Below the pieces are notes generated by a model that ran no database searches, was not told where the DNA came from, and worked only from the letters and a program-made list of their open reading frames with translations. Source: an uncultured archaeon (GTDB lineage Archaea; Asgardarchaeota; Hermodarchaeia; Hermodarchaeales; Hermodarchaeaceae). Taken from it: a stretch of 37,399 bases of DNA. The stretch is from positions 1 through 37,399 of the forward strand of contig CAYFXC010000018.1 of NCBI GenBank assembly GCA_964347045.1. Direction: 5' to 3'. Position numbers and translations under genes: made by a program. This document shows, piece by piece, positions 1-9,129 of this stretch; positions within the stretch are counted from its first letter, which is position 1; each line of letters starts with the position of its first letter.

Positions 1-2
1 AT

Positions 3-797
3 AAACAGAGCAAACAGCGGATTGTTCTGTTGATTGATGATGGGCAATCATTAGCGTTATCACAAGAAGATTCTGAGGCCATTGAATCGGAGAAGCGGAA
101 GACAGTTCGCTGGTTACGTGTTCTCAGTGATTTGCCTGCGATGGTTGTTTTTGTCGCTGGACTTTCTGGTTTCTCACAGGCACTTACGAGTATTTTTCCA
201 CCTGTAGCTGAACGTGTTACTTTAGAATTTGCATTAGAGACAGAAGGTCCAGATGGTGTTGAGGTGCTTACAGTAAAAGAAACAGAACAGATGATTCGCG
301 AACGAATTAGGCACTTTGGTGGAAAAGGGCTTACACCCTTTAATTCAGAAGCAATTGAAGAAATTCATCTCCACACCCGTGGATACCCACGGAGCACACT
401 CCGGTTTTGTGAAAACATTATCTCCATGGCTTTCCAGGAAGACACTCCCGCAGGAGATCGTATCACTCGAGAATTCGTGCAACAGGTTATTAAACAGCGT
501 CCCAGTCCTCCGCCTGTAACAACGCTGGTACCAACGGCGTTGGATCAGACACGTTTCATCGAGACAAGCCCTGCTATTGAAGAAGAGGAGTGGTTTGACG
601 AATTCGATGAACTCACCGCCACTCAACGCGAGATCCTAACAATTACGAAAGAGTTGAAACGTGTAACATCAGCTGTTGTAGCCGAAGAAATCGGGATAAC
701 AAAAGGTACTGCTTCTAATGAACTCAAGAAGTTATATGATAAGCAAAAGCTGCAACGACGGAAAGGATATCGTGGATTTGAATATCTTCCGCGTTAG
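3..797 (+). CDS. AAA+ ATPase (ExeA/Cdc6-like architecture) with C-terminal winged-helix domain; 5' end outside window
   Basis: Frame open from base 3 (KQSKQRIVLLIDDGQ, Walker B-like), sensor-1-like VVFVAG, Arg-finger-like AERVT, lid motif TRGYPR, Pro/acidic linker, then wHTH (LTATQREIL...VAEEIGITKGTASNELKKL...GFEY). Walker A not in window. Confidence 0.75.
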   Translation, partial: KQSKQRIVLLIDDGQSLALSQEDSEAIESEKRKTVRWLRVLSDLPAMVVFVAGLSGFSQALTSIFPPVAERVTLEFALETEGPDGVEVLTVKETEQMIRERIRHFGGKGLTPFNSEAIEEIHLHTRGYPRSTLRFCENIISMAFQEDTPAGDRITREFVQQVIKQRPSPPPVTTLVPTALDQTRFIETSPAIEEEEWFDEFDELTATQREILTITKELKRVTSAVVAEEIGITKGTASNELKKLYDKQKLQRRKGYRGFEYLPR

Positions 798-917
798 GAT
801 TTTACATCTCCCTACAGGTTTTTGCAAGAATCCACCTAAGATGCTTATAGACACATATCTTTAAGTGACACTTCCACAGAATTACAATTAGTAAAATCTT
901 GCCGCCGGGGCTAACCC

Positions 918-1466
918 ATGTCACATGATGCCTTTGATTATCTTTTCAAAGTCGTACTTGTTGGTGACGCTGAAGTCGGTAAAACAAGTCTTACAACACG
1001 ATTCGCCTATGGTACCTTCACCGATGGCTATATATCCACACTCGGCGTCGACTTCATTGTTAAATCACTGCCCCTCGATAATTATATTGTAAAACTCCAA
1101 GCATGGGACACTGCAGGACAAGAACGATATGCTGGGGTTCGACCAATCTATTATCGAGGAGCAAAAGGTGCCCTATTAGTGTTTGACATAACAATGCGTC
1201 AAAGCTTTGTAAATGCTGAAAAATGGTTTGAACAAATACGCAAATATTCAGGCGTTGACGTGCCAATTATTTTGGTCGGAAACAAAATTGACCTTGTGGA
1301 CTCTCGGGTGGTTTCCACAGATGAGGTGCAGGTGTATGCTGCTCAGAAAGGCATGCCCTTTTTTGAAACCAGCGCCAAAACCGATTATGCGGTCAATGAT
1401 GTTTTTCATAAACTCGCTAAGGTCATTTTGTCAAAGGAACTCGCTAGAGAGGGATCAGAAGATTAA
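918..1466 (+). CDS. Rab-like small GTPase (Ras superfamily) without C-terminal prenylation cysteines
   Basis: G1 GDAEVGKT, G2 T in ISTLGVDF, G3 WDTAGQE, G4 NKID, G5 ETSAK; RabF-like motifs LGVDF, KLQAW, YYRGA, LVFDIT; N-terminal DYLFKVVLVGD as in Rab1/Rab11. Confidence 0.96.
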   Translation: MSHDAFDYLFKVVLVGDAEVGKTSLTTRFAYGTFTDGYISTLGVDFIVKSLPLDNYIVKLQAWDTAGQERYAGVRPIYYRGAKGALLVFDITMRQSFVNAEKWFEQIRKYSGVDVPIILVGNKIDLVDSRVVSTDEVQVYAAQKGMPFFETSAKTDYAVNDVFHKLAKVILSKELAREGSED

Positions 1467-1505
1467 CGGGTTCGGCGAGCAGAGAAAAAGCTTGGTCGAG
1501 TAGTG

Positions 1506-2714
1506 ATGTCTGAGGATGCTTCTACTTCAGAAGTTCAACCTCCTAACCGTATCTGGGAGCTGCTAGAAAATTATCTAATCTTAAGTGAAAAATACGATAT
1601 CCGCTCCCATAAAATTGAGGAAGAAGCACACAAACGACTCATTCAATATTTCCAGGAAAAATCCCCTGAGCTTAAACAGCATCTCGTTGATACTAATGCC
1701 TTAATAGGATATATCGATGAATTCGTCGATAATCTGTTAATTTATTATGCTTACTATCGAAGTGTTCGGCGAAGCATGGCTACTCTCTTTGCATCACTTG
1801 GTATAACCGATCATCGAATGTTTGCTGAAATGGTTCGCGCAACCAGTGATCCTCGTGTTAAAATTCGTATCAATGACCTTGATGCCCAAGGCATAGGCTG
1901 GTTTCTTCGACAATTTCTCGCTGAATATCAAGCTGTGCAACGCCACATCACAAAATTAACTCAGTATTTACCAAAATTGGATGAGGCGGTTGAACAAACT
2001 TTTAGTGAGAGTATGCGCCGGTTCCTTGATGTAATACGATATATAACTTCTAAAGAATCAAACGGACTTCGCAAAGCTGGTTATAAGAGAGTTGAAGCTG
2101 CTATCGCTGAAGATGATTTGAGTCAAAAGGCTAATGCGGTTGTTGAGGCGATTGAGTTTTTTGTTAAGGATGCTCAAAATCATCCTACCTTTATCTTGAC
2201 CGACTCTGTTGGTTACTTTGGTTCTGCAGAACTTGAAGAGTTTGATAACAAGATTACGTCTTTCAAAAGCGTGCATGAACTTTTCAAGGAACATGTCAGT
2301 CTTTCCAATCGAACGCGATGGATCTATGAGAGGCATCACACAACACTTTTTTCGAGTATCTTCGAGGGTTCTCATTTGGAATTGCTTGAAATACGTGACA
2401 AGATTCGAAATGGAGAGAGTGTGAAGAATTTTCACTCCCATATTCGTGATTGTCCAGGCATGCTCTTAGGAGTATCTCAGGCATATTCTCTTTTTCTAGA
2501 GTATAGTGCTTATTCGAAGCAAATGCTCACCTTAGTAGATACCTATCGCGAAATTGCTGACTTTCTGCAAAGCGAACTTTTGCAAATTCTCTATACAATG
2601 GAGCTCCAACGAAATCACTTGTATCTTGAGGTCCGTGATGAGTTCAGACAAACCTTAGATGAATTTCAACAGACATTATTAGAAGTTTGTTCATTAAATC
2701 CAACAGAAGATTAG
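1506..2714 (+). CDS. Hypothetical soluble, predominantly alpha-helical protein (~402 aa)
   Basis: Long ORF about 40 bp after the Rab stop (GTG 1503 or ATG 1506); rich in E/L/I/R/Q with amphipathic periodicity; no TM segment or recognisable motif. Confidence 0.8.
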   Translation: MSEDASTSEVQPPNRIWELLENYLILSEKYDIRSHKIEEEAHKRLIQYFQEKSPELKQHLVDTNALIGYIDEFVDNLLIYYAYYRSVRRSMATLFASLGITDHRMFAEMVRATSDPRVKIRINDLDAQGIGWFLRQFLAEYQAVQRHITKLTQYLPKLDEAVEQTFSESMRRFLDVIRYITSKESNGLRKAGYKRVEAAIAEDDLSQKANAVVEAIEFFVKDAQNHPTFILTDSVGYFGSAELEEFDNKITSFKSVHELFKEHVSLSNRTRWIYERHHTTLFSSIFEGSHLELLEIRDKIRNGESVKNFHSHIRDCPGMLLGVSQAYSLFLEYSAYSKQMLTLVDTYREIADFLQSELLQILYTMELQRNHLYLEVRDEFRQTLDEFQQTLLEVCSLNPTED

Positions 2715-2828
2715 TTCCGTAACTATCGGCACTTTCCAATTTATCCGTAAATTGGTCTAGACAACTGAGGTGAAAAGCTTTTTTAGCTTGAGATTCGTCT
2801 CTCCTTTTCACCACGTTGGTTCGGATGT

Positions 2829-4838
2829 GTGGGTGTGGTGTTGGAACGGATTCATAGGAGTCGTTGGTTTCAAAGTTATGGGAAAAAATTAGTGGCCTTT
2901 GCTTTTCCAATGGCATTACTTCTGTCTGTGTTTTCGTTAATTATTGGATATTTTGTTCCTTCAATTGCTTCTGTTTACCTAATTATTGCCTACATTGTGG
3001 TCTTCTTAACCATTTTTGGGATTTGTCTCATTCTTCTTGGCTTTCATAATAAGGTTGCTCGACGTCTTGTTCTCGTCGTCGCAATAACATGTTTTTTGGG
3101 GGCATTTGCCCATTACTGGCTTCTCACGGAAACTCTCTTCTTAGGCTTTCAAATCATTTACCCGAATGGATCTGCATATATTTCCGCTCTTGCGAATCTG
3201 GTCATGCTAATTGGCCTTGCACTGGTTTCCATTGAACAGCGGCGAAGATCAAAGCGCCAGATAACTGGTTATGTTTTGATTATCATGTTTTTTACGGTGT
3301 GTATTCTAACAACATATCAGATGAACCTTACCTTTCATCCCCCACTACTTCCCGCCATCGGGACAGGTATTCGTATTCTCATCGGTTTCTTGACTGCCAT
3401 TTTTGCCTGGACATTTTATTTCAACCAGAATCCTCCCGAAGATGTTATGGGTCGAACTAGTCGCCTTTTACTTGTTCTAGCTAGTCTATTCCTTATCCTC
3501 GGTTACACCACTTTTGCGTTCCAGTATGCTATTGGTTGGATGGATATCTCGGTTTTCTATTATTCGGGATCAATATCTGATGCAATCATGCTTCTGGCAG
3601 TTTTCACTTTCCTAATCGCCGTTTTGGCGATCTTCAGTGAGGCGCTCGAAAATATGGCTACAAGCCGACCACTTTCTATTAAGTATGAGGCTATGACTCG
3701 AGTATTGCTGATTGTCCCGTTACTTATTGTAATGTCACTAGTAGCGACAATTGCCATCGTTTTATTTGGTCGTGTACTACTAGTTTATCTCGCTCCCATT
3801 GACGCGCTAGTCGCATTACAAACCGTTGGAGTTGGCTTGCTCATTGGATTGAGTGTTATTATCCTTGGGGTTGGTGGAATTGGTTATTTGCTCTCTCGAT
3901 GGTTGTACCGCCCCTTGATATATCTAGAGGCTGAAACTATTGCGGTGACTGATCCAGGAGTCATATCCTACACGGAACCACAAGGTCTTGTCTTCGCAGA
4001 ACTGCAAGAAGTTTCCGATAGCTTTGCAGAAATTATTAATGAGCTGAGTCGGGTTCGTGCCGAGTTGCGACGCTTTACTATCACTGAACAACGTTTAATG
4101 AAACCCCCTACGTCACAATTAACCAAATTAGATTACTATCTTGCGATTCTAAATAATTCGGTGACTAACCGGATTCAAACAATCATGAGTCTCTCAGAGG
4201 TTGCACGAGGAGTATCTAACCAAGAAGAACAGACTCATATATTGGATATGATTCAAACTGAAATCACAGAGATTCATTATCTACTCAAAAGTGTGCAAAT
4301 CCTTAGACTCATCGATTCTCAAGCTTTACCCAAATTTCGCCGTATTGATCTGATTACAGTTATAACTGAACTCATCAACGATTTACAAGAAATTATACCA
4401 GAATCCACTAGTTCGATTTCTCTTGTCTTACCTGATCAGAAGGCATTTGTGCTTGCAAATGAGTACGTTTCGCAAATCTTTCAACCTCTTTTTCGCTTAG
4501 TCTTAGAACAAAATATTGGTAGCCCAGCTACCATTGAAGTTACGTTTTCAAAGAAAATAGAATATGGAACTGATTTTTGGCAAATTAATATCTCACATCC
4601 CAAGTGGGTATTACCTGATATCGAAAAGGTCCTCTTATTTCGAGCTGACTCCGAACAACCACAGAAAGCAAATCCTAACCTGCTTGTTGTTCCTGCTTTG
4701 GTTGAATATTTCCATGGGAAATTCTATGTGAAGAATATCATTATCGATGAACCGCAGTATGGCACTCTTCTTCAAGTTCTTCTTCCTCAGGCTACACGTC
4801 GCTTACCAAGCACAGTTCCAAAACCAAATGAAAAATAG
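2829..4838 (+). CDS. Multi-pass membrane sensor histidine-kinase-like protein with degenerate catalytic motifs (pseudokinase)
   Basis: About 10 hydrophobic segments in the N-terminal ~360 aa, HAMP-like segment (RPLIYLE...ELQEVSDSFAEII), DHp-like helix LAILNNSVTNRIQTI, and HATPase_c-like tail (FVLANEYVSQIFQPL, WQINISHPKWVLPDIEKVLLF, VPALVEYFHGKFYV, GTLLQVLLP). Start codon uncertain. Confidence 0.75.
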   Translation: MGVVLERIHRSRWFQSYGKKLVAFAFPMALLLSVFSLIIGYFVPSIASVYLIIAYIVVFLTIFGICLILLGFHNKVARRLVLVVAITCFLGAFAHYWLLTETLFLGFQIIYPNGSAYISALANLVMLIGLALVSIEQRRRSKRQITGYVLIIMFFTVCILTTYQMNLTFHPPLLPAIGTGIRILIGFLTAIFAWTFYFNQNPPEDVMGRTSRLLLVLASLFLILGYTTFAFQYAIGWMDISVFYYSGSISDAIMLLAVFTFLIAVLAIFSEALENMATSRPLSIKYEAMTRVLLIVPLLIVMSLVATIAIVLFGRVLLVYLAPIDALVALQTVGVGLLIGLSVIILGVGGIGYLLSRWLYRPLIYLEAETIAVTDPGVISYTEPQGLVFAELQEVSDSFAEIINELSRVRAELRRFTITEQRLMKPPTSQLTKLDYYLAILNNSVTNRIQTIMSLSEVARGVSNQEEQTHILDMIQTEITEIHYLLKSVQILRLIDSQALPKFRRIDLITVITELINDLQEIIPESTSSISLVLPDQKAFVLANEYVSQIFQPLFRLVLEQNIGSPATIEVTFSKKIEYGTDFWQINISHPKWVLPDIEKVLLFRADSEQPQKANPNLLVVPALVEYFHGKFYVKNIIIDEPQYGTLLQVLLPQATRRLPSTVPKPNEK

Positions 4839-4852
4839 GAGAGCTGATTCGC

Positions 4853-5203
4853 GTGGCAAAGACTGTAATGGTAATTTCTCCTCAGAATTCTCTTCGCCAA
4901 TCAATAGAAGCACTCATAGAACAAGGAGGACATGTAGTATGTCAAGGAGTTAATAATCTCGCGGGTTTTCAACATGCTTTAAATGCCTCTGAAATAACCC
5001 CCAACGTTATCATGGTTGATTATTGGCTGAGTCGGGCAATTACCGTTGATTTTCTCAATAGTTTGAAACGCCAGGGATTTGCTATCATTCTCATGGGAAC
5101 TACATTCTTAGGTCGAGATGTGGCAGCAACAGAACAAGTTGGCTTCATAGAAAAGCCCTTTACGAAAAATGAACTTCTAAAAGTAATTGCCAATGCAAAA
5201 TAA
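4853..5203 (+). CDS. Single-domain CheY-like receiver, atypical
   Basis: REC pattern KTVMVI...LRQSIEALIEQGGH, PNVIMVDYWL (phosphoacceptor-position Asp), AIILMGT, FIEKPF..NEL; AGGAGA RBS upstream of GTG; acidic pair after beta1 replaced by SP. Confidence 0.8.
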   Translation: MAKTVMVISPQNSLRQSIEALIEQGGHVVCQGVNNLAGFQHALNASEITPNVIMVDYWLSRAITVDFLNSLKRQGFAIILMGTTFLGRDVAATEQVGFIEKPFTKNELLKVIANAK

Positions 5204-5212
5204 TGATTTTTG

Positions 5213-6043
5213 TCAAATTGGGATGATTTCACGTTCGCCCGATTCAGCTACATAAAGGACTTTACCTGCAATTGGGCCACGATAATCCCGGCATGAAAAG
5301 AGACTTAGAATCCGACCATCAAAGAATTCATGGAAACCATGAGAAAACACCTCATGAGATCGCACAATCAGCTCCAATGAATTTTGGGTCATGAAATTCA
5401 TAGTGACATCCTGACCAAAGGATCGAATTCGGCTTCCACGCATCGAAGGTCCAAATCCTTTCAAAGTTTCCTGAGGATCATTCCAAAGCATCTGAACTGT
5501 GACTGGATTTTCCGGTTCGATTTCTTGTGGCAGTGAATCAATCTGTTCTAAATTAACGAGTCCTTCTGGAATACCTCCATGTACTGCAAAGATTTTTCGA
5601 AATCGACTGACAGCTGCTAATGGTAGTTTTGCAAACGTACTCCAATAATGATTAATTATATCCCCCAAGATGTTCTGGACTGCGTCATAAAAGCCATAGG
5701 AGCGATTCACACGTGGAGTTTCGTGATTACCTCGAATAATCATTAGACGCTTAATTGCCTTAGATTTCAGCTCTAGGAGCAGATTAATATTTTCGATTTG
5801 AAAAGGACCCCGGTCCACGTAGTCCCCTAAAAACATAAAAACTGCATTTGTCTCCCAAAATCGGGTTAAAATTCGTTTGGTGGCGTTCCAGTCACCGTGT
5901 GTATCTCCAACAAACACAAGGGGTTTGTCAGGTAATTTTAGTAATCTGGGTTCTTTTTGTAAAATAGGCTGGACCCGTTCAAGAAGTTGTATCACATCCT
6001 CTACAGTGTACTGTTCAATTACGGCAGCTGTTTCTGCAATCAT
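5213..6043 (-). CDS. PPP-family Ser/Thr protein phosphatase (PP1/PP2A-like metallophosphoesterase)
   Basis: GDTHG, GDYVDRG, RGNHE, VHGGI, LWNDP, IVRSHE and LFSCRDY (SAPNY-equivalent). Confidence 0.95.
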   Translation of the reverse strand: MIAETAAVIEQYTVEDVIQLLERVQPILQKEPRLLKLPDKPLVFVGDTHGDWNATKRILTRFWETNAVFMFLGDYVDRGPFQIENINLLLELKSKAIKRLMIIRGNHETPRVNRSYGFYDAVQNILGDIINHYWSTFAKLPLAAVSRFRKIFAVHGGIPEGLVNLEQIDSLPQEIEPENPVTVQMLWNDPQETLKGFGPSMRGSRIRSFGQDVTMNFMTQNSLELIVRSHEVFSHGFHEFFDGRILSLFSCRDYRGPIAGKVLYVAESGEREIIPI

Positions 6044-6114
6044 TACAAGTACACCTTGTGTTCTAATGGGCTCTGTTTTGGGTTATAATATTGAAACTCT
6101 GTAACTTTTTCGAT

Positions 6115-7056
6115 CTAGTCAGGGATGATATGGGTTCCAGCTTCGCCTCGGATCGCACGGGCTATATTCTCAGGAGATGTAATAATTGCGAGTTCTCCAC
6201 CACCATCAAGAAATTGTATGACTGACTCAATTTTCGGAGCCATCGATCCCGGTGCAAAGTGACCCTCCTGAAGATATTGCTTTGCCTCCTTGCCTGTCAT
6301 TCGGTCAATCGCTTGTTGGCTGGGTTTCCCAAAATTCAAATATACTTTATCGATCGAAGTTGAAATGAGAAAGTGTTTCGCACCCAACGATTTGCATAAA
6401 AGTGCTGAGGCTCGGTCCTTATCGATAACGGCTGCAACTCCTTTCAACTTCCCATTATTCTCTTCTATCACAGGTATACCACCACCCCCAACCGTGATGA
6501 CAACAAACCCGTCTTCCAGTAAATTGTTAACTACTTGATTTTCAATGACCTCAATTGGAATCGGCGAGGGTACAACGCGACGCCATCCACGTCCTGCATC
6601 CTCAACGACTGACCAACCTTCTCCTTCTCTGCGGTTCGCCGTCGCTTCATCCATGAAAGATCCAATAGGTTTGTTAGGGTGGGTAAACGCAGGATCATTC
6701 TTGTCAACGAGAACTTGGGTTACCACGGTTACTGCTAACTTCTCTAGTTTCCGGCGTTGGAACTCGTTACGAAGAATTTGTTGTAGCATGTATCCAATCG
6801 CACCTTGTGTGTCGGCTCCACAAAAATCAAGAGGAACTTCATGTAGCTCGTGAGCTGCAAGTTCAGAACGTCTTAAAATGAAACCCACTTGAGGTCCATT
6901 GCCATGGGTAATGGCAACCTCCCATCCTTGTTCCACTAGATCTACAATGTGTGGCATCGTTTCTGCTGCAGCATCATATTGGTCTGCAACGGTTTTATGA
7001 GCTGCATCTTTGATGAGAGAGTTACCTCCGATTGCGACGACGATTCGTTTTGTCAT
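6115..7056 (-). CDS. arcC: Carbamate kinase
   Basis: VVAIGGNSL, THGNGPQVG, TQGAIGY, PNKPIG, GRGWRRVVPSP, GGGGIPV, AVIDKD, FAPGSMAPK; ATG at 7056 preferred over TTG at 7071. Confidence 0.96.
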   Translation of the reverse strand: MTKRIVVAIGGNSLIKDAAHKTVADQYDAAAETMPHIVDLVEQGWEVAITHGNGPQVGFILRRSELAAHELHEVPLDFCGADTQGAIGYMLQQILRNEFQRRKLEKLAVTVVTQVLVDKNDPAFTHPNKPIGSFMDEATANRREGEGWSVVEDAGRGWRRVVPSPIPIEVIENQVVNNLLEDGFVVITVGGGGIPVIEENNGKLKGVAAVIDKDRASALLCKSLGAKHFLISTSIDKVYLNFGKPSQQAIDRMTGKEAKQYLQEGHFAPGSMAPKIESVIQFLDGGGELAIITSPENIARAIRGEAGTHIIPD

Positions 7057-7112
7057 TTTGAAAACTTCCAAAATTTTAATCGCAAAGAGGGCTTATCTCA
7101 CTTCTTGCCGTG

Positions 7113-7127
7113 ATATAAAGGCTTTCC
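7113..7127 (-). promoter_or_regulatory. BRE + TATA box for arcC
   Basis: Minus strand GGAAAGCC-TTTATAT about 57 nt upstream of the ATG, in a divergent intergenic region. Confidence 0.55.
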
Positions 7128-7203
7128 AAACCAGAAGGTTCTTGGAAACATAGTTCGATGACAGGATAAACTCTTATTCTGTTGCAGGAGTTTAGAGTTC
7201 AGT

Positions 7204-8169
7204 ATGGTGTCTTTCGACGATGTAAAGGCTGCGTATGAAAGAATTCGAAGAGCTAGTATCCATACTCCTTTAATGACATCGTTAACCGCTAATCGGTTGA
7301 CTAATTGTAGTATTTTCTTCAAATGTGAGAATTTCCAACGGATTGGCGCTTTTAAATTCCGAGGAGCCTATAATGCCATCTCACAATTATCTCCAAATGA
7401 AAAAAAACGTGGTGTGATTACTCATTCATCGGGAAATCATGCTCAGGCTGTTGCACATGCTGCTAAGATGCTTGGTATCACCGCAACGATTGTTATGCCA
7501 AAAAATTCTTCGCCTGTTAAGATTGCTGCAACCCAAGGTTATGGGGCCACCATTGAGTTCTGTGAGTCTGCCATCGAAGCCAGAGAAAAAATGACTAATT
7601 CGCTAATCAAGAAACACAAGTACATCTTGATTCACCCCTACGATGATTCACGAGTAATCGCTGGAGCAGGAACCGCAGCTTTAGAGTTAATCAACGAAGT
7701 TGGTGCCCTAGACGCCATGTTTGCACCAATTGGCGGAGGAGGTTTAATTAGTGGAACTGCAATTGCCACGAAGAGTTTATGCCCCTCAGCCAAGGTCTTT
7801 GCGGTCGAACCTGAAGAAGCTGACGATGCATACCGTTCATTCAAATCCGGAATACTTGTCCCCAGTGTTAATCCAATGTCGATTGCTGATGGGTTACTCA
7901 CATCACTTAGTGAGTTAACCTTCTCCATTATTCGAAAACACGTTGATGACATTATCCCCGTTTCTGAAAATGAAATCATTGAGGCTATGAAATTTCTCTG
8001 GGAACGCATGAAATTAGTCGTTGAGCCTTCAGGAGCAGTCTCATTAGCTGGAGTATTTAAAATCCGAGAGAAATTAGATAATAAACGAGTTGGTGTGATC
8101 ATTAGTGGAGGTAATGTTGATTTAACTCAATTTTTTGACATATTGCGGAAAAAAATCGAGAAGAAATGA
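7204..8169 (+). CDS. PLP-dependent serine/threonine dehydratase / serine racemase family (fold type II, no ACT domain)
   Basis: KCENFQRIGAFKFRGA (PLP Lys), SSGNHAQA, HPYD, IGGGGL, SIADGL, EPSGA, ISGGN. Confidence 0.93.
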   Translation: MVSFDDVKAAYERIRRASIHTPLMTSLTANRLTNCSIFFKCENFQRIGAFKFRGAYNAISQLSPNEKKRGVITHSSGNHAQAVAHAAKMLGITATIVMPKNSSPVKIAATQGYGATIEFCESAIEAREKMTNSLIKKHKYILIHPYDDSRVIAGAGTAALELINEVGALDAMFAPIGGGGLISGTAIATKSLCPSAKVFAVEPEEADDAYRSFKSGILVPSVNPMSIADGLLTSLSELTFSIIRKHVDDIIPVSENEIIEAMKFLWERMKLVVEPSGAVSLAGVFKIREKLDNKRVGVIISGGNVDLTQFFDILRKKIEKK

Positions 8170-8172
8170 GTT

Positions 8173-9129
8173 CTACTCATCTATTCCTGCTTCCTTGAAT
8201 AGATCATCTAATCGATGCTGGGTGGGGTCACGATAGTGTCCTCCACGATGTTGTTGTGGGATCAGATAATCTATTACTGATACCCCAAAGGGCACTTCCC
8301 GAATCCGGTTTGTGATTTCTTCAATTCGTGTAGGGTCATCTGTAATTAGTGTTACACAAACTGTGGGCTCATCTAACCATGTTGTTGCATGCCAGAATTC
8401 ATTGGGATACTGCCTATGGATCCAATCAATAATTTCATTAGGTGATGTTTTTTCGTCATCATATTGAATCAGATACTCTAGTTCAACATCACCTAATGCC
8501 AAATAATTCATCCTCATCGTGAAATGCACACCTCCTCCTTCTCGTAACTCTTGGAGGATTCTACTGACTCTGCGGGGTGTCAGGTCCGTCTGTTTTGCGA
8601 TATCACTAATTGACATACGGACATTATCCACTAAGCAGCGTAACACTCGTATCTGATTTCGTGTGAAAGTGACTTTACGACCTTTGCTTCGAACCTTACT
8701 ATCCGTTGGGGCATCCGGAACAAAATGAGTAACAGGATGAATTTCCACTCCATGGACAGTTCCAAGAGATTCAAGGCTCTGTTTAAGTTCAAAGAACTCT
8801 GTTGTCCCTGCTAAAAATGCTGAAGCCCCATACCTGTTTGGGCCAGATCGATAGACATACCGAACCTGTTGGTGATTGCCAATTTGCTCCAATAGTTCAT
8901 TCATGTTTTCAGTGCCGTCAGTTGTGATGACAATGATAACCACTTCGAGGTCTAGCATTGCCAAGCTTAACTCAACGGTATATTCCTGGATAACACCCGT
9001 GTTCTCGAGCTTCTTTACCCGATTTTTTATTGTATTGAATGATTGTTTGTATTTTTTCGCAAGATCCTGGAAGGCGATTCGAGCATTACCAAATAATTCC
9101 CAAAGTAGCGCCTTATCCAACGGATCCAC
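8173..9129 (-). CDS. Lrp/AsnC-family regulator with two tandem wHTH-RAM units
   Basis: Two Lrp-type HTHs (DPLDKALLWELFGNARIAFQDLAKK...TIKNRVKKLENTGVI; NQIRVLRCLVDNVRMSISDIAKQTDLTPRRVSRILQEL), each followed by a beta-alpha-beta domain. GTG 9129 preferred because GTG 9138 lies inside the GAGGTG RBS. Confidence 0.88.
   Translation of the reverse strand: MDPLDKALLWELFGNARIAFQDLAKKYKQSFNTIKNRVKKLENTGVIQEYTVELSLAMLDLEVVIIVITTDGTENMNELLEQIGNHQQVRYVYRSGPNRYGASAFLAGTTEFFELKQSLESLGTVHGVEIHPVTHFVPDAPTDSKVRSKGRKVTFTRNQIRVLRCLVDNVRMSISDIAKQTDLTPRRVSRILQELREGGGVHFTMRMNYLALGDVELEYLIQYDDEKTSPNEIIDWIHRQYPNEFWHATTWLDEPTVCVTLITDDPTRIEEITNRIREVPFGVSVIDYLIPQQHRGGHYRDPTQHRLDDLFKEAGIDE

Noticed and set aside
918-1466. 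Eukaryotic contamination as source of the Rab
   Set aside because: No introns, no prenylation motif, composition like its neighbours, and contiguous with archaeal operons.
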